Shown: in pieces, positions 48,646 through 58,500 of the stretch
Layout: each line of letters begins with the position of its first letter
How positions within the stretch are numbered: the stretch's first letter is position 1
From: an uncultured virus (IMG/VR IMGVR_UViG_3300025613_000003)
Taxonomy: Duplodnaviria; Heunggongvirae; Uroviricota; Caudoviricetes
IMG/VR virus record: IMGVR_UViG_3300025613_000003
Length of the DNA stretch: 64,000 bases
Strand: one strand, 5' to 3'
Program-made: the position numbers and the translations under genes
The notes under the pieces: generated by a model
The model's database searches: none
The model's input: only the letters and a program-made list of their open reading frames with translations
Told to the model about the DNA's origin: nothing

Positions 48646-48921
48646 ATGGCCGGATCAAACCTTGTCCAAACCAAATCCTATACCGTTGCGGCGGGAGCGA
48701 CCGCGACCACAACCGCGGGGGCAAAATCCATCGACTTCCTTTACCGTGGCACAGCCGACAACTGTACCTGGAGGGGGAGTATGATCGCTGACGGAGCGGT
48801 ACCGATTCCGCTGCCCCCGTCCGTACCCTACACTCTTGAATATAATGACAACGGATACGCAGCCGTGACGGTGGATAACACCACCGGCGATGGCGTAGTC
48901 GAAATCGTGGAAAAATTCTGA
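48646..48921 (+). CDS. Small beta-rich virion protein (vertex/adaptor candidate)
   Basis: 91-aa all-beta pattern immediately before the spike gene. Confidence 0.5.
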   Translation: MAGSNLVQTKSYTVAAGATATTTAGAKSIDFLYRGTADNCTWRGSMIADGAVPIPLPPSVPYTLEYNDNGYAAVTVDNTTGDGVVEIVEKF

Positions 48922-48923
48922 TC

Positions 48924-51900
48924 GTGATGAAGCACAGCACTAAAGCGTTTCGGACCTGGTTTGGTGGTGGCGGTAGCGGTGGCGGTGGCGGTGGCGGCGG
49001 CGGCACCACCCCGACCATTATCAACATCACCGTAGCTCAGGGTCAGGCTCTCCAGGCCAGTTCCACGCTTCAACCCGGTCAGTTCTACCGCATCATTGAC
49101 GTCACGCCGGATTGGCAAGTCATCGCCATGGCGGACAGTATCAGCCGCATGAGCTTTAACGGCGAAGGCATCTTCAACAGCAATTTGCGCTGTGCCGTGC
49201 TGTATAACCTCACCAGCAACCAACTCCTGCGTGTTGACGACCCCACGTATCAGAACACGATTGAGGGCTACGCCAACATCAGCGGCTTTCCCTGGGGGCA
49301 GGCCGCATACAACAACAACCGCGTCACCGGCGGCGGCGTCCTGATCCTGACCGGGGCGACTTTGACCAGCTTTGCCTATAACACCGTTGGGGAGGGGTCA
49401 ACTTTTGACCTGACCAACTGTTCGGCTCAGAACGTGACGCGCAACACCGTGATTGAAGGCAGCGCCTTTGACCTGAGCAGTTTCACCGGATTTGATGTCA
49501 CCGCCAACCTTTGCGATGGCGGAGCCACGCAGTCGTATTCGGGCTGTACCATGCTTGCCGGCGACATCGCCCAGAACCAGGCCCAAAGTGGCGGCACCAT
49601 TTCGCTTACGGGCTGTACCGTGGGAAATAACATCACCGCAAACAAGGTCACGGCCACGGCCTTGATTCAGTTCATATCGTCAACGCTGTTCAACCTGAAC
49701 TATAACGAGGTTTCGGCCTCGGGCCAGATCCTTGGCGATGCCACCACGACCAATACCGTTGGTATCAACAAAAACATTTGCGCCAGTGACGGCGTACTGA
49801 ATCTTAGCGGCGGCTTGACCGGAACGGTTTTTAACAACTCCGTCACCACGGCGGGGATTATGACCTTGGCGCAAACGAATACCACGGACGTGTGGGAGAA
49901 CGTGGTGAGCGGTGGCGGCACGATCAAGACCAGTGCCGCAACCCGGGTCAACCGCATCCGTCAAAACCTGGTACAGGGTAATGACACCCCGACCAACCTC
50001 GACCTTACCGGAGCGGATTTGTCATCGGGTCCTTACGATTGCTACGAGAACCTGGTCAGCAACGGCAGTCAACTCCATGTCATTGACTGCGTAGTCAACG
50101 GCCATATCCGCCATAACAGCCTGACCGGGCAGGGCGTTATCATCTTCGACAGCAGCAGCATTGGCGAGATCGGAAACAACACCGTTCAGGAGGAGGGTCA
50201 GATCTATGGCGATGCCGCAACCTCAACGGTGGAGATACTCTACAACCAGGTCGTAGGCGAATCCCTGCTCGATCTCACGGGCGTAACCGTTGGCGGCAAC
50301 GTCCAGTACAACCGCTTATCCAGCTTTGGCCGGGTATCCGGCACGGGTGCCGCCTTGGCGACCTTTGCCAACAACGTGATTGAATCCGTAGCCCAGGTCT
50401 TGATGGCGGGTGCGACCGTATCTGAATTTGAGGACAACATCATCACCTCCAGTTCGTATATCAACATCGAAAACGCCACGATTACGCTTGGTCTGACCGG
50501 GAACTATCTCAATGACGGCAGCTACATCGACTTAAGCGGAGCCAGCATTGGCCAGGGCGTTACCTCAAACGAGGTCACGGCCCAGAGCTACATCGAGATC
50601 AACACCGCCGTTGCATTTGTCGGCGGCATCGACCTCAACATGGTGAAGTCGTTGTCGTACATAGCCGTTGCCGCCACAGCCGAGGTTTCGGAAATCACCA
50701 AGAACATGGTCCTGTCCTGGTCGTATATCAACATCGGCCCCGGCCAATACGGACAGGCGCTTCAGAACAATGTTCAAAACACCAGCTTCATCAACCTGAT
50801 CCGTTGCGTAACCGCAGGGTTTGGATACAACAGCGTTTCGGAATTGTCGTCAATCTCCATGGTCGCCGACCCCGGCGTTACCCTCACCTTTCCCGGCTTC
50901 CAACGCAACACCGTTTATCAGTCAAGTTCAATCAGCTATACCGCATCGGTAAACACCAGCCATAACGCGGGACCGGACTACAATGAAATCGGAATGAATT
51001 CCGCTTTCAATAATCAGAACGGTACCGTTGAAGGATTCAGTAACAATCAATTCTTTACCACGGCACTGAGCTTTTCAGCCGGAGCGGGTAATATCAGCAG
51101 CTTCTCAAACAACACCCTGAGATTGGTGACGTTTACGGGAGAGCCGTTACAGGTTAATGAATTCGGCGGCAACAACCTGACCAGCACAAGTATTAACTGG
51201 ATTGGATCCGATTTCAACAACAGCGACATAAGGCTCAACACCATGTCCGTTGCGGTTGTGGACGTTTCAGGCACGGATTGTGCCGGGCCAATGAACTCCA
51301 ATCAAATCTTTAACAGCAGTACCGGGTCGGGATTGACGGTGACTAACTCAAGCATTACCGATAATGACGGCATTAGCGGAAACATTATCGAGATCGAGGG
51401 CAATATCTTCATCGATGGCGTAACCGCTCAGTCCGTGTATTGTAATCGCGCAACGCAATATGGCAGCATCAAACTCAGTAACGGCACCTACGACCTGATT
51501 CAGTTCAATAACGTCATGAACAGTAGCCGTATCCTGGACACCGGCACCGCCACGGCAATATTCAATTTGGAATACAATGTTTGTGATGGAGCCAGCACTT
51601 TTGAGATCACGGACATGAGCGCCGAGGACGTTTCCTACAACGTCTTGGGCGGCAACTCCGTTTTCGATCTCACCTCGGCGGTGGTGACTGCAAATGTTGA
51701 GGGCAATCAAGTCTTTGCCTCAACCTTTACCACGGCTGCGCTTAATTGTTCGCTATTGTCTTTCAACAAAATCCAATACTCGAACTGGAACAGTGCAGCC
51801 GATACCTTTGGCCAGATCATACACAACGAACTCATGGCCGCTACGGTTTCGACAGGTGGAAACAGTGGCGCAACCCTGGACGGGAACCGGATCCTTGGCG

Positions 51901-52664
51901 ACAGCCAATTCACGCTGAGTTCCGAATCCGGCACGTACAGTAACAACACCATTGACAACGGCTCGGTCGTGGCTTGTGATGGCAACACCTTCAACCGGTT
52001 CCGAAACAATCAGTTCATATCGGCATCGAATGTGACGATACAGTTCTCAGTATTTGATAACGTTGAGGGCAATATCATCAGCGGCGGCTCGACCCTGCAT
52101 GGTTTCAGCGTAATCACAAATTATTCATTCAATACCATACTGAATTCGATCTACACCGATCAGGTCGTTGACAGCGGTGACGTGAATTTCAACACATTCA
52201 ATACCTCCGACATCACGCTGAATTCGAGCATACATCATTGCGAGATCGTGGGAACTCAGGGTCGGGTCACGGTCGTGATCCCTCAGAATTACAGCTATTG
52301 TTCATTCACCTACGGGGTGGCGTCAACATTCAATGCCACGGCTGATTTTGCCGATGCGGCTCAATACAACTCCGTGACAAAGACGTGGACGCTTGCCAGC
52401 CCATACGACAGTTTTGTCGGGGTCTGGGCCATTACCAACTCCGTTGCCGGAACCGATCAGGTCGATAACGTAGTCAATGCCCCCGCCCATCCCGTCCTTG
52501 TCCAGGCCGATACCACGATTAAGCAGTTTCGTCAAAACGGAGGCAATATCCTGATCTCGGGCGCGGCCTCAACGGCGAACCTGGCCACAACAGAAGATAT
52601 TATTTCCTTTATCTTAGACCGCGCCGGAACGGGATGGCGCATGACCAATCACAGAACCTACTAA
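48924..52664 (+). CDS. Large beta-helix spike/receptor-binding fibre
   Basis: 1246 aa with many Asn-ladder repeats (xxN.V..GS.h.h), Gly hinge near N-terminus, LQPGQFYRIID. Confidence 0.75.
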   Translation: MMKHSTKAFRTWFGGGGSGGGGGGGGGTTPTIINITVAQGQALQASSTLQPGQFYRIIDVTPDWQVIAMADSISRMSFNGEGIFNSNLRCAVLYNLTSNQLLRVDDPTYQNTIEGYANISGFPWGQAAYNNNRVTGGGVLILTGATLTSFAYNTVGEGSTFDLTNCSAQNVTRNTVIEGSAFDLSSFTGFDVTANLCDGGATQSYSGCTMLAGDIAQNQAQSGGTISLTGCTVGNNITANKVTATALIQFISSTLFNLNYNEVSASGQILGDATTTNTVGINKNICASDGVLNLSGGLTGTVFNNSVTTAGIMTLAQTNTTDVWENVVSGGGTIKTSAATRVNRIRQNLVQGNDTPTNLDLTGADLSSGPYDCYENLVSNGSQLHVIDCVVNGHIRHNSLTGQGVIIFDSSSIGEIGNNTVQEEGQIYGDAATSTVEILYNQVVGESLLDLTGVTVGGNVQYNRLSSFGRVSGTGAALATFANNVIESVAQVLMAGATVSEFEDNIITSSSYINIENATITLGLTGNYLNDGSYIDLSGASIGQGVTSNEVTAQSYIEINTAVAFVGGIDLNMVKSLSYIAVAATAEVSEITKNMVLSWSYINIGPGQYGQALQNNVQNTSFINLIRCVTAGFGYNSVSELSSISMVADPGVTLTFPGFQRNTVYQSSSISYTASVNTSHNAGPDYNEIGMNSAFNNQNGTVEGFSNNQFFTTALSFSAGAGNISSFSNNTLRLVTFTGEPLQVNEFGGNNLTSTSINWIGSDFNNSDIRLNTMSVAVVDVSGTDCAGPMNSNQIFNSSTGSGLTVTNSSITDNDGISGNIIEIEGNIFIDGVTAQSVYCNRATQYGSIKLSNGTYDLIQFNNVMNSSRILDTGTATAIFNLEYNVCDGASTFEITDMSAEDVSYNVLGGNSVFDLTSAVVTANVEGNQVFASTFTTAALNCSLLSFNKIQYSNWNSAADTFGQIIHNELMAATVSTGGNSGATLDGNRILGDSQFTLSSESGTYSNNTIDNGSVVACDGNTFNRFRNNQFISASNVTIQFSVFDNVEGNIISGGSTLHGFSVITNYSFNTILNSIYTDQVVDSGDVNFNTFNTSDITLNSSIHHCEIVGTQGRVTVVIPQNYSYCSFTYGVASTFNATADFADAAQYNSVTKTWTLASPYDSFVGVWAITNSVAGTDQVDNVVNAPAHPVLVQADTTIKQFRQNGGNILISGAASTANLATTEDIISFILDRAGTGWRMTNHRTY

Positions 52665-52687
52665 CACCATCAAAATCTATAACCGAT

Positions 52688-52945
52688 ATGGCACAACAAA
52701 TCCCCGCCAAACTCATCGCCAAGGTATTTACGTCCGGGCGAAAGTATGTACTGGCTCTGCAATCGCTCAAAGGCGGCGAATCGAGCTGGAAACAGGTCTT
52801 GGATGACGCCTACGACAAGCTCGTGACCGAGGCCGTGATAGTGGCCGAGGCAGGTGAAACCGCGCCGGCAACGCCGGAGCAGGACCAGGTCAACGCCGTC
52901 ATTGCCGAGATCAAGAAACAAATCGTAGAAATCTGTCAGTCATGA
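52688..52945 (+). CDS. Hypothetical protein
   Basis: ATG MAQQIP..., overlaps next start. Confidence 0.55.
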   Translation: MAQQIPAKLIAKVFTSGRKYVLALQSLKGGESSWKQVLDDAYDKLVTEAVIVAEAGETAPATPEQDQVNAVIAEIKKQIVEICQS

Positions 52946-53955
52946 AGCTCAAGACCAGCATCGGCTACGGCGTAGTCATTGCCGCGGCTCTTATCGCCAT
53001 GCTTGGCTCCAACGCCCGGGCGCAGGATTCGGCTTTGGTTACGGTCACGGTCAAGGTCCCGGTCAAGCGCGACACCGTCACGATCAACACCTGCGTTAAG
53101 GACACGCTGTATCGTGGCCTTTACGTTGCGAAGTGGAATACCAAAGTCGGTGACGCCGTGCGTGAAACCATGTTGTTGGACTACTGCAAGCGGCTCGGAT
53201 TCAACACCCTTTCCTTTTACGATCTGGGCAGTATCCTTGGCACCAGCACGGGAAACAATAAGCAGGCCGCGTTCAACCGCAAGTGTGACAGCCTCGGTAT
53301 CCGTTGCGAGGCCGTAAGGGGCAGCGCCACCGACTTTAGCCAAACCACCAGGAGCTTTATGTTGGGGCGTTACAACCCGGCTGAACGATTTGACGGCTTC
53401 AACATCGAGTACGAGTTTTGGCGTGTGACGGATCGCAATGCCGGTTGGGTTCAGGACAGCCTCATCGTCGTCGCCATGAACACGGTCGCAAACCAAACCC
53501 TTGTCCGTGACCGAACCCAATACATTGGCTGGTTTGACGCCCCCGTGCAACGCCGCGCCCCCGAGTACCTGGCAAAGAACACCACGCACCTCCTTGTTCA
53601 TTATTACCGAACCAAAGTGGAAGCCGTTTATGGTAAATACAGATTGGACAGCCTTGACAAAATCGGCGTCCCGGTCCTGATCAGGCCGATATTTTCGGCT
53701 GAACCGGATTTCATGCAGAACCTGTTCAGAACCGTTACGCCCGACAGCGCATTCCGGTTATGGCATGCACAGTTCAAAGCCTTTGGCTACAAGAACCTGG
53801 TAAGCGATGGCTACCAAATCTTCAGCGATGACTTCCTCATGGTCAGCATAGCCCCGGCCATGCCGGCGGCGCGACTTGCACCGGACTGGAAGTACAGCCC
53901 CTTGTTTGAGAACGTAACCAAGCCGGAGCATTTGGAGCCGCTTCGTGAGCAATAA
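52942..53955 (+). CDS. Signal-peptide-bearing GH-like TIM barrel protein, paralogue C
   Basis: Signal peptide; YC..GFNTLSFYDL, ERFDGFNIEYEFW, IFSAEPDFM. Confidence 0.6.
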   Translation: MKLKTSIGYGVVIAAALIAMLGSNARAQDSALVTVTVKVPVKRDTVTINTCVKDTLYRGLYVAKWNTKVGDAVRETMLLDYCKRLGFNTLSFYDLGSILGTSTGNNKQAAFNRKCDSLGIRCEAVRGSATDFSQTTRSFMLGRYNPAERFDGFNIEYEFWRVTDRNAGWVQDSLIVVAMNTVANQTLVRDRTQYIGWFDAPVQRRAPEYLAKNTTHLLVHYYRTKVEAVYGKYRLDSLDKIGVPVLIRPIFSAEPDFMQNLFRTVTPDSAFRLWHAQFKAFGYKNLVSDGYQIFSDDFLMVSIAPAMPAARLAPDWKYSPLFENVTKPEHLEPLREQ

Positions 53956-53960
53956 AATGT

Positions 53961-54662
53961 GTGATTACCAGCGTCCTCGACACGGTTCTGGAATGGGCGG
54001 AGCGATATAAGCCCATAGCCCTGAGCCTTGGCGGCGTCAGCACATTCGTGTTGACGGCGTACAAGATGAGGCGAAAGCTAAGGATTCTGTATAATCGAAA
54101 AGTCGTGACCATGTTCAATCGCATCACGGGCAGAACCGCGAATAAACAATACCTCGATGACGCTATTTCGAGGCTTGAGTTGCTGCATCAAAAGCAGAAC
54201 CAGGCCATGCAGGAGCAGATCAAGGTCATTGCCTCCGAGGTAAAACAGGTCAAGTACCAGCTCACGCCCAATGGCGGGGGCAATTTCTTTGGCAAGATCG
54301 AGCGCGTAGAGCAGGAGGTGAGAGAGATCAGGGGTCACCAAATGGCAAGGGAGGATCTTCAGCCCGACCCCGTCATATACATGGACCTGACCGGGTCGGT
54401 ACAGCATGTGAATTTGCGGTGGATGCACATCACGGGCCGGGCCATGCACGAACACCGCAACGATGGCTGGCTAAACAGCATCCACGAAGACGATGTGCAA
54501 TACCTGAGCGACCGCATAAGCGAGAGCTGCAGGGGCAAGCGCAACATCATCACCCAGCGTCCGTTCCGGGTCATTAACAACGAGGGCGATGTCGTTGGCA
54601 GCTACAACTTGGAGGCGATCAGAACCGAAAACAACTACTATGGCGTCCTTCGACAGGTTTAA
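53961..54662 (+). CDS. Membrane/coiled-coil protein with C-terminal PAS-like domain (holin-region)
   Basis: LTPNGG motif; DLTGSVQHVNLRWMHITG...GWLNSIHEDD. Confidence 0.7.
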   Translation: MITSVLDTVLEWAERYKPIALSLGGVSTFVLTAYKMRRKLRILYNRKVVTMFNRITGRTANKQYLDDAISRLELLHQKQNQAMQEQIKVIASEVKQVKYQLTPNGGGNFFGKIERVEQEVREIRGHQMAREDLQPDPVIYMDLTGSVQHVNLRWMHITGRAMHEHRNDGWLNSIHEDDVQYLSDRISESCRGKRNIITQRPFRVINNEGDVVGSYNLEAIRTENNYYGVLRQV

Positions 54663-55038
54663 ACTGGTTTGGGATGAGCGGGTGCGCCGAACCAAGATCA
54701 CCTCGGTTTTGGCCGTGTTCATGGTCATTGCCGCGTTCGTGATTAGCATGACCATACTTCTTGGCTATTCCAAGATCAGCGGCGACCGCGAGAGCGTGAT
54801 CTTGCAGCCCTGGTTCATGGCCTTATCCATGGTCATCGGCACCTTTTTCAAAGCCTCGGATTCAAACCCGGCTCCGGCACCGGAAAGCCCAGACCTAGAT
54901 ACCGATGAAGTCATGGAAATCATCAACAGGGCCAAAACCGAGGGCCAAACCGTCACGGTCGAGGACATTATTAAGGTGCTGAAAATCAAGCCTAATCGTG
55001 ACCAAATGGAGCAGATCAGGCGCATGGTGAAACCTTGA
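54640..55038 (+). CDS. Two-TM holin-like protein
   Basis: Two TM segments, ALSMVIGTFF. Confidence 0.5.
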   Translation: MASFDRFKLVWDERVRRTKITSVLAVFMVIAAFVISMTILLGYSKISGDRESVILQPWFMALSMVIGTFFKASDSNPAPAPESPDLDTDEVMEIINRAKTEGQTVTVEDIIKVLKIKPNRDQMEQIRRMVKP

Positions 55039-55105
55039 CGCTTAAGCCTCGTATATTGTAATCTCTAAATCACTATATTCAATTCACTCCAAACCCCAAC
55101 AAATC

Positions 55106-55801
55106 ATGAAAAAAATCAAGTTCAAATGGATTACGGGATTGTTCATGCTCCTGCTCACGATCTCGATCTCGGCGTATTCGACACCGCAACGGCTCGATAC
55201 CGACACCGGAACCGAACTCTGTCCGGGGCAATGTCAGGGATCCTGCCATGACGCCATTGCCCAGGCCGAAGCCGTAGCCGTTCATGCCGTAGTCGCGGAC
55301 TACGCCTACCGCGTTCACAGCGACCACTACCGATACCTGGTCATGCGCGACGATGACGGCGGCGGAACCGGAACCGGAACTGAAGCTACTACTACCACTA
55401 CTACGAATTCCACGACAACTGCAGCCATTGACACCAGCGGAAATGACGGACCGGTTGATCCCAGAACCGGTGATCCCGATAGCTATAAATTGTTTTGGAA
55501 CAGCCCGTTCACGATGTGGTTCTTCGTCCTGCTCATTACGGGATGGATTGCGACAACGCTGAAGCTCAACAACGGCAAGGCCACTGTACCTATTCTATCC
55601 GCGATAGTAAGTTTTGCCATGAACATTTACGGGGACTGGATGGACCTGGGGCTTTACGCCGGATCCGGGCCGGGGGTTTCGGATTGGCAGAGCGTGATCG
55701 CCTACTCCATCGTGGCCTGGGCGCTGAGTAATGGCTTTGCCAAGGCCGATGCCGCCAGGGGATTCCTGGTCCTGATCAAGGTCAGGCCCCCGGTTGCGTA
55801 A
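55106..55801 (+). CDS. Multi-TM protein with signal peptide (holin-like C-terminus)
   Basis: Three C-terminal TM segments ending ALSNGF. Confidence 0.5.
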   Translation: MKKIKFKWITGLFMLLLTISISAYSTPQRLDTDTGTELCPGQCQGSCHDAIAQAEAVAVHAVVADYAYRVHSDHYRYLVMRDDDGGGTGTGTEATTTTTTNSTTTAAIDTSGNDGPVDPRTGDPDSYKLFWNSPFTMWFFVLLITGWIATTLKLNNGKATVPILSAIVSFAMNIYGDWMDLGLYAGSGPGVSDWQSVIAYSIVAWALSNGFAKADAARGFLVLIKVRPPVA

Positions 55802-55827
55802 TCAGGAAACAAGACATTGACAAGAAA

Positions 55828-55856
55828 CAACCGGCTCGGGCAACCGAGCCGGTTCT
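55828..55856 (+). terminator. Hairpin terminator
   Basis: aaccggctcgg-gcaa-ccgagccggtt followed by ctt. Confidence 0.6.
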
Positions 55857-55877
55857 TACCCTAAACACCTTTTCACA

Positions 55878-56117
55878 ATGGCGGCAAAGACCCCTCGACT
55901 GGTTTGCAAGAAAGGCCGGGACGGCCAATACTACACCTCGCTTGTGAGCCGTAACGGCAAAAAGGAAATGAGCTTGGGCGAAGGCTATAAACGTCCGTTT
56001 ACGGAGAAGATGCGGGCCACGCTGATCCGCGACCTCATCGCCGCCGAACTCGTAATCGTCAGGGCCGCGGCCAAGCCAGCGTCGGCGAAATCAAATCCGG
56101 TTCCGAAAAAGAAATAA
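55878..56117 (+). CDS. YegP/DUF1508-like small protein
   Basis: GRDGQYY..LVSRNGK...GEGYKR. Confidence 0.6.
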   Translation: MAAKTPRLVCKKGRDGQYYTSLVSRNGKKEMSLGEGYKRPFTEKMRATLIRDLIAAELVIVRAAAKPASAKSNPVPKKK

Positions 56118-56126
56118 GCCGATACC

Positions 56127-56810
56127 ATGCAGAATCGGTTTCCGTCATGGCTGACAATCCTCTTGTTGGGGATTGCCATTATTCTTTTCTATCAGCTATG
56201 CAATACCGCATCCGAGCTGAACCGGATCCGGGTCAACGCCGATGCGCTGAGTGACAGTCTGCATTACAGCCGCGACCGCCTTGGCCGTGAAACCGCGGTG
56301 ACGGCGGCATTGACAGGAACGGTACAGGACTTTAAAAACATCAACGCCGGCAAGGACAGCGTGATTGCCCGGCTCAAGGACGAGGTCAGCAAAAAAACCA
56401 TAGCCCTGGCCGTGATACAGAACGCGACCCGGACCCGGATCGTAACCCCCACCACCGTTGAGGTTATCGCCGCCGCACCGGATTCGGATCGGCCCTGCCC
56501 CGACCCGGTTTACACCACGACCTATTCCGATCACTGGAGCCAGTACACGATCCGAGCCGGATCGGACAGCATCTACCTCGATCACAAAGCCTTCAACGAA
56601 TTCGTTGTCGAGGAACGCCGCCGCCGCCGCGGCCTTTTCAAAGCCCAGGAGATTGAGTTACGGATTACCAACGCCAATCCCAATACCACAACTTTACGAG
56701 CCGAAGCCTATGTGGTGAAAAATAAGCAGAACCGATCCGGCTGGCTTGCCGGTGGTTGGCTGCTTGGCGTACTCAGCTATCATCTTCTTTTTGGGAGCCA
56801 TCCCAATTAG
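56127..56810 (+). CDS. Membrane-anchored coiled-coil protein (spanin-like candidate)
   Basis: N- and C-terminal hydrophobic segments, coiled coil, NPN motif; located in lysis-like region. Confidence 0.45.
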   Translation: MQNRFPSWLTILLLGIAIILFYQLCNTASELNRIRVNADALSDSLHYSRDRLGRETAVTAALTGTVQDFKNINAGKDSVIARLKDEVSKKTIALAVIQNATRTRIVTPTTVEVIAAAPDSDRPCPDPVYTTTYSDHWSQYTIRAGSDSIYLDHKAFNEFVVEERRRRRGLFKAQEIELRITNANPNTTTLRAEAYVVKNKQNRSGWLAGGWLLGVLSYHLLFGSHPN

Positions 56811-56832
56811 GTGCCTGTTCAGGCTCATTGTG

Positions 56833-56862
56833 AAAGCCGCCTCCGTAAGGGCGGCTTTTTTA
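56833..56862 (+). terminator. Intrinsic terminator
   Basis: aaagccgcc-tccgtaag-ggcggcttttttt. Confidence 0.75.
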
Positions 56863-56917
56863 CCCTCCTTTTTTCCCGAAATGAAACATTTTCAGTTACC
56901 GCCACGAATAAACAGCC

Positions 56918-57127
56918 ATGTCCGACACTCAAAACCCGATGGAACCATTTCTCACCGGCCTTTTTGTCGGTGCCGTGGCGGGAATAGCGTTACGGTCATG
57001 GCTCCTGTACCGTCAGAACAATCTGCCCCGGCTCAGGCGAAAGCTACGGGAAGCCGTTGAACGGGAAGATTACGAACGCGCCGCCATATTGCGGGATCGC
57101 ATCAACGAGGTTTTGAATCGTAAGTGA
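56918..57127 (+). CDS. Small TM protein with UvrB/C (UVR) motif
   Basis: LREAVEREDYERAAILRDRI. Confidence 0.75.
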   Translation: MSDTQNPMEPFLTGLFVGAVAGIALRSWLLYRQNNLPRLRRKLREAVEREDYERAAILRDRINEVLNRK

Positions 57128-57846
57128 TGGCAAAGGCTCGGAAGTCGGGAAAGAAACGGCCTGTGATGAAATCCAAGCCGTCACGCCGCCGCCGCGGCTC
57201 CGCACCCAACCCTGTGCCAAAACCGGCCAAGCCAAGGCGTAAACAAAAGCTACTGCCCTTTTTAAAGAAGGACGGGTCACCGAGGAAGAACACGGTGGTG
57301 ACGCCGTATCTGACCAAGACCGGGCAACTCAACCGCAGATTCAAATACCCGGAAGGGGTTAAGACCCCGCTTGATCTTTACAAACGCCTGAGTTTTCCCA
57401 AGGTGGGCAAGCTCGGCCTTGGCGCAATCAAGGGCAAGCCCTGGCTGAACCGTGACGGTAGCGTAAGGAAGGGGACGCGGATATCGAAATGGCTGACCAA
57501 GACGGGTAAGATCCGCAAGAACCGGAAACTTCCCGCCGGGGTAAAAACCGTGAAGGGGCTGTATTCCTACCTTCAGAAAAAGAACTTCAAACCAAGTCAG
57601 GCCCGGAAATCAGGCCGGGCCGTATCGTTTTCCAACTCAATGTTTGTCTGGATTTTCAAGGAGTACGTTACGAAAAACTTCAAAAAATGGGGCAAGGTCT
57701 ATATGGGCGGCAAACAAATAAGTTTTGAGAGATGGAACCTTTACGGTGATGACTACGTACAACGAATTACCGACCCCAACGATAGCCCACCCTCGGTTTA
57801 TTACGAGGTTGTGAGGTTGGATGACTACCGGTACCTCTTTTTCTAA
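57124..57846 (+). CDS. Highly basic protein with internal repeat (nucleic-acid binding)
   Basis: PFLKKDGSPRK..LTKTG..PEGVKT repeated as PWLNRDGSVRK..LTKTG..PAGVKT. Confidence 0.65.
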   Translation: MMAKARKSGKKRPVMKSKPSRRRRGSAPNPVPKPAKPRRKQKLLPFLKKDGSPRKNTVVTPYLTKTGQLNRRFKYPEGVKTPLDLYKRLSFPKVGKLGLGAIKGKPWLNRDGSVRKGTRISKWLTKTGKIRKNRKLPAGVKTVKGLYSYLQKKNFKPSQARKSGRAVSFSNSMFVWIFKEYVTKNFKKWGKVYMGGKQISFERWNLYGDDYVQRITDPNDSPPSVYYEVVRLDDYRYLFF

Positions 57847-57991
57847 GCAAACGCACAAGATCTTACTGAGATAAAAAACGACATGAGCAAACCCGAATTC
57901 CCAACCGTAGTCCGTGACGAAAATGGAAAACAAAAAGAAGTGTGGAAATATACATATTGAATTTCAACGTGTGTTGGGTATTTAGCCTGAC

Positions 57992-58087
57992 CGCTAACGG
58001 TTCGGGGCTTTGCGTAGTAGCCCTTAGTAAAAACTTAAAATTAACCACGACACTTGATAGGGCTATTACGCAAAACCCTTGTTAGCG
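57992..58087. repeat. attC-like site 1
   Basis: CGCTAAC-ggttc-ggggctttgcgtagtagccct...agggctattacgcaaaaccctt-GTTAGCG. Confidence 0.8.
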
Positions 58088-58125
58088 GTTCGTGCCAGTC
58101 GAGTAACCAATTAAAAAACGATACA

Positions 58126-58380
58126 ATGGCAAATCAAACAGTAGGACTTAGTTACGGGGTGTTGTCCGACCCATTAGACAAGCAACTTGACAAACAAGGC
58201 TTGAAGTATGACAAAAAGAAGATAGCACAATTTGAGGCAGAACGTGAAGCTGTAAATACTTTGCGTTTTGGTAGTGGATTGCTAACGGATAGCATGGTAG
58301 ATAAAATTCTGCCGAAACTCCATAAGAAAATCATTGCTCATGTTGCAAAGGCTAATGGTCAGTCGGTTGTCAAGGCATGA
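58126..58380 (+). CDS. Cassette 1 gene, hypothetical (frame open back to TTG 58054 inside the hairpin)
   Basis: Stop TGA abuts CCGCTAAC of site 2. Confidence 0.7.
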   Translation: MANQTVGLSYGVLSDPLDKQLDKQGLKYDKKKIAQFEAEREAVNTLRFGSGLLTDSMVDKILPKLHKKIIAHVAKANGQSVVKA

Positions 58381-58381
58381 C

Positions 58382-58473
58382 CGCTAACGGTTTGTGTATG
58401 AGCAGTGGCACTTGTACACACTTTCAAATTAGCACTAACTTGTCTGTGCCATTGCTTATACACGGTGTTATGT
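58382..58473. repeat. attC-like site 2
   Basis: CGCTAAC-ggttt-gtgtatgagcagtggcac...gtgccattgcttatacac-ggt-GTTATGT. Confidence 0.8.
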
Positions 58474-58500
58474 GCCGTTTTTATTCAATAATTTAGAAAT

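Noticed and set aside
57883..57989. A fourth cassette left of site 1 (25-aa ORF MSKPEF...)
   Set aside because: No upstream GTTAGCGG partner or hairpin was found; at most a remnant.
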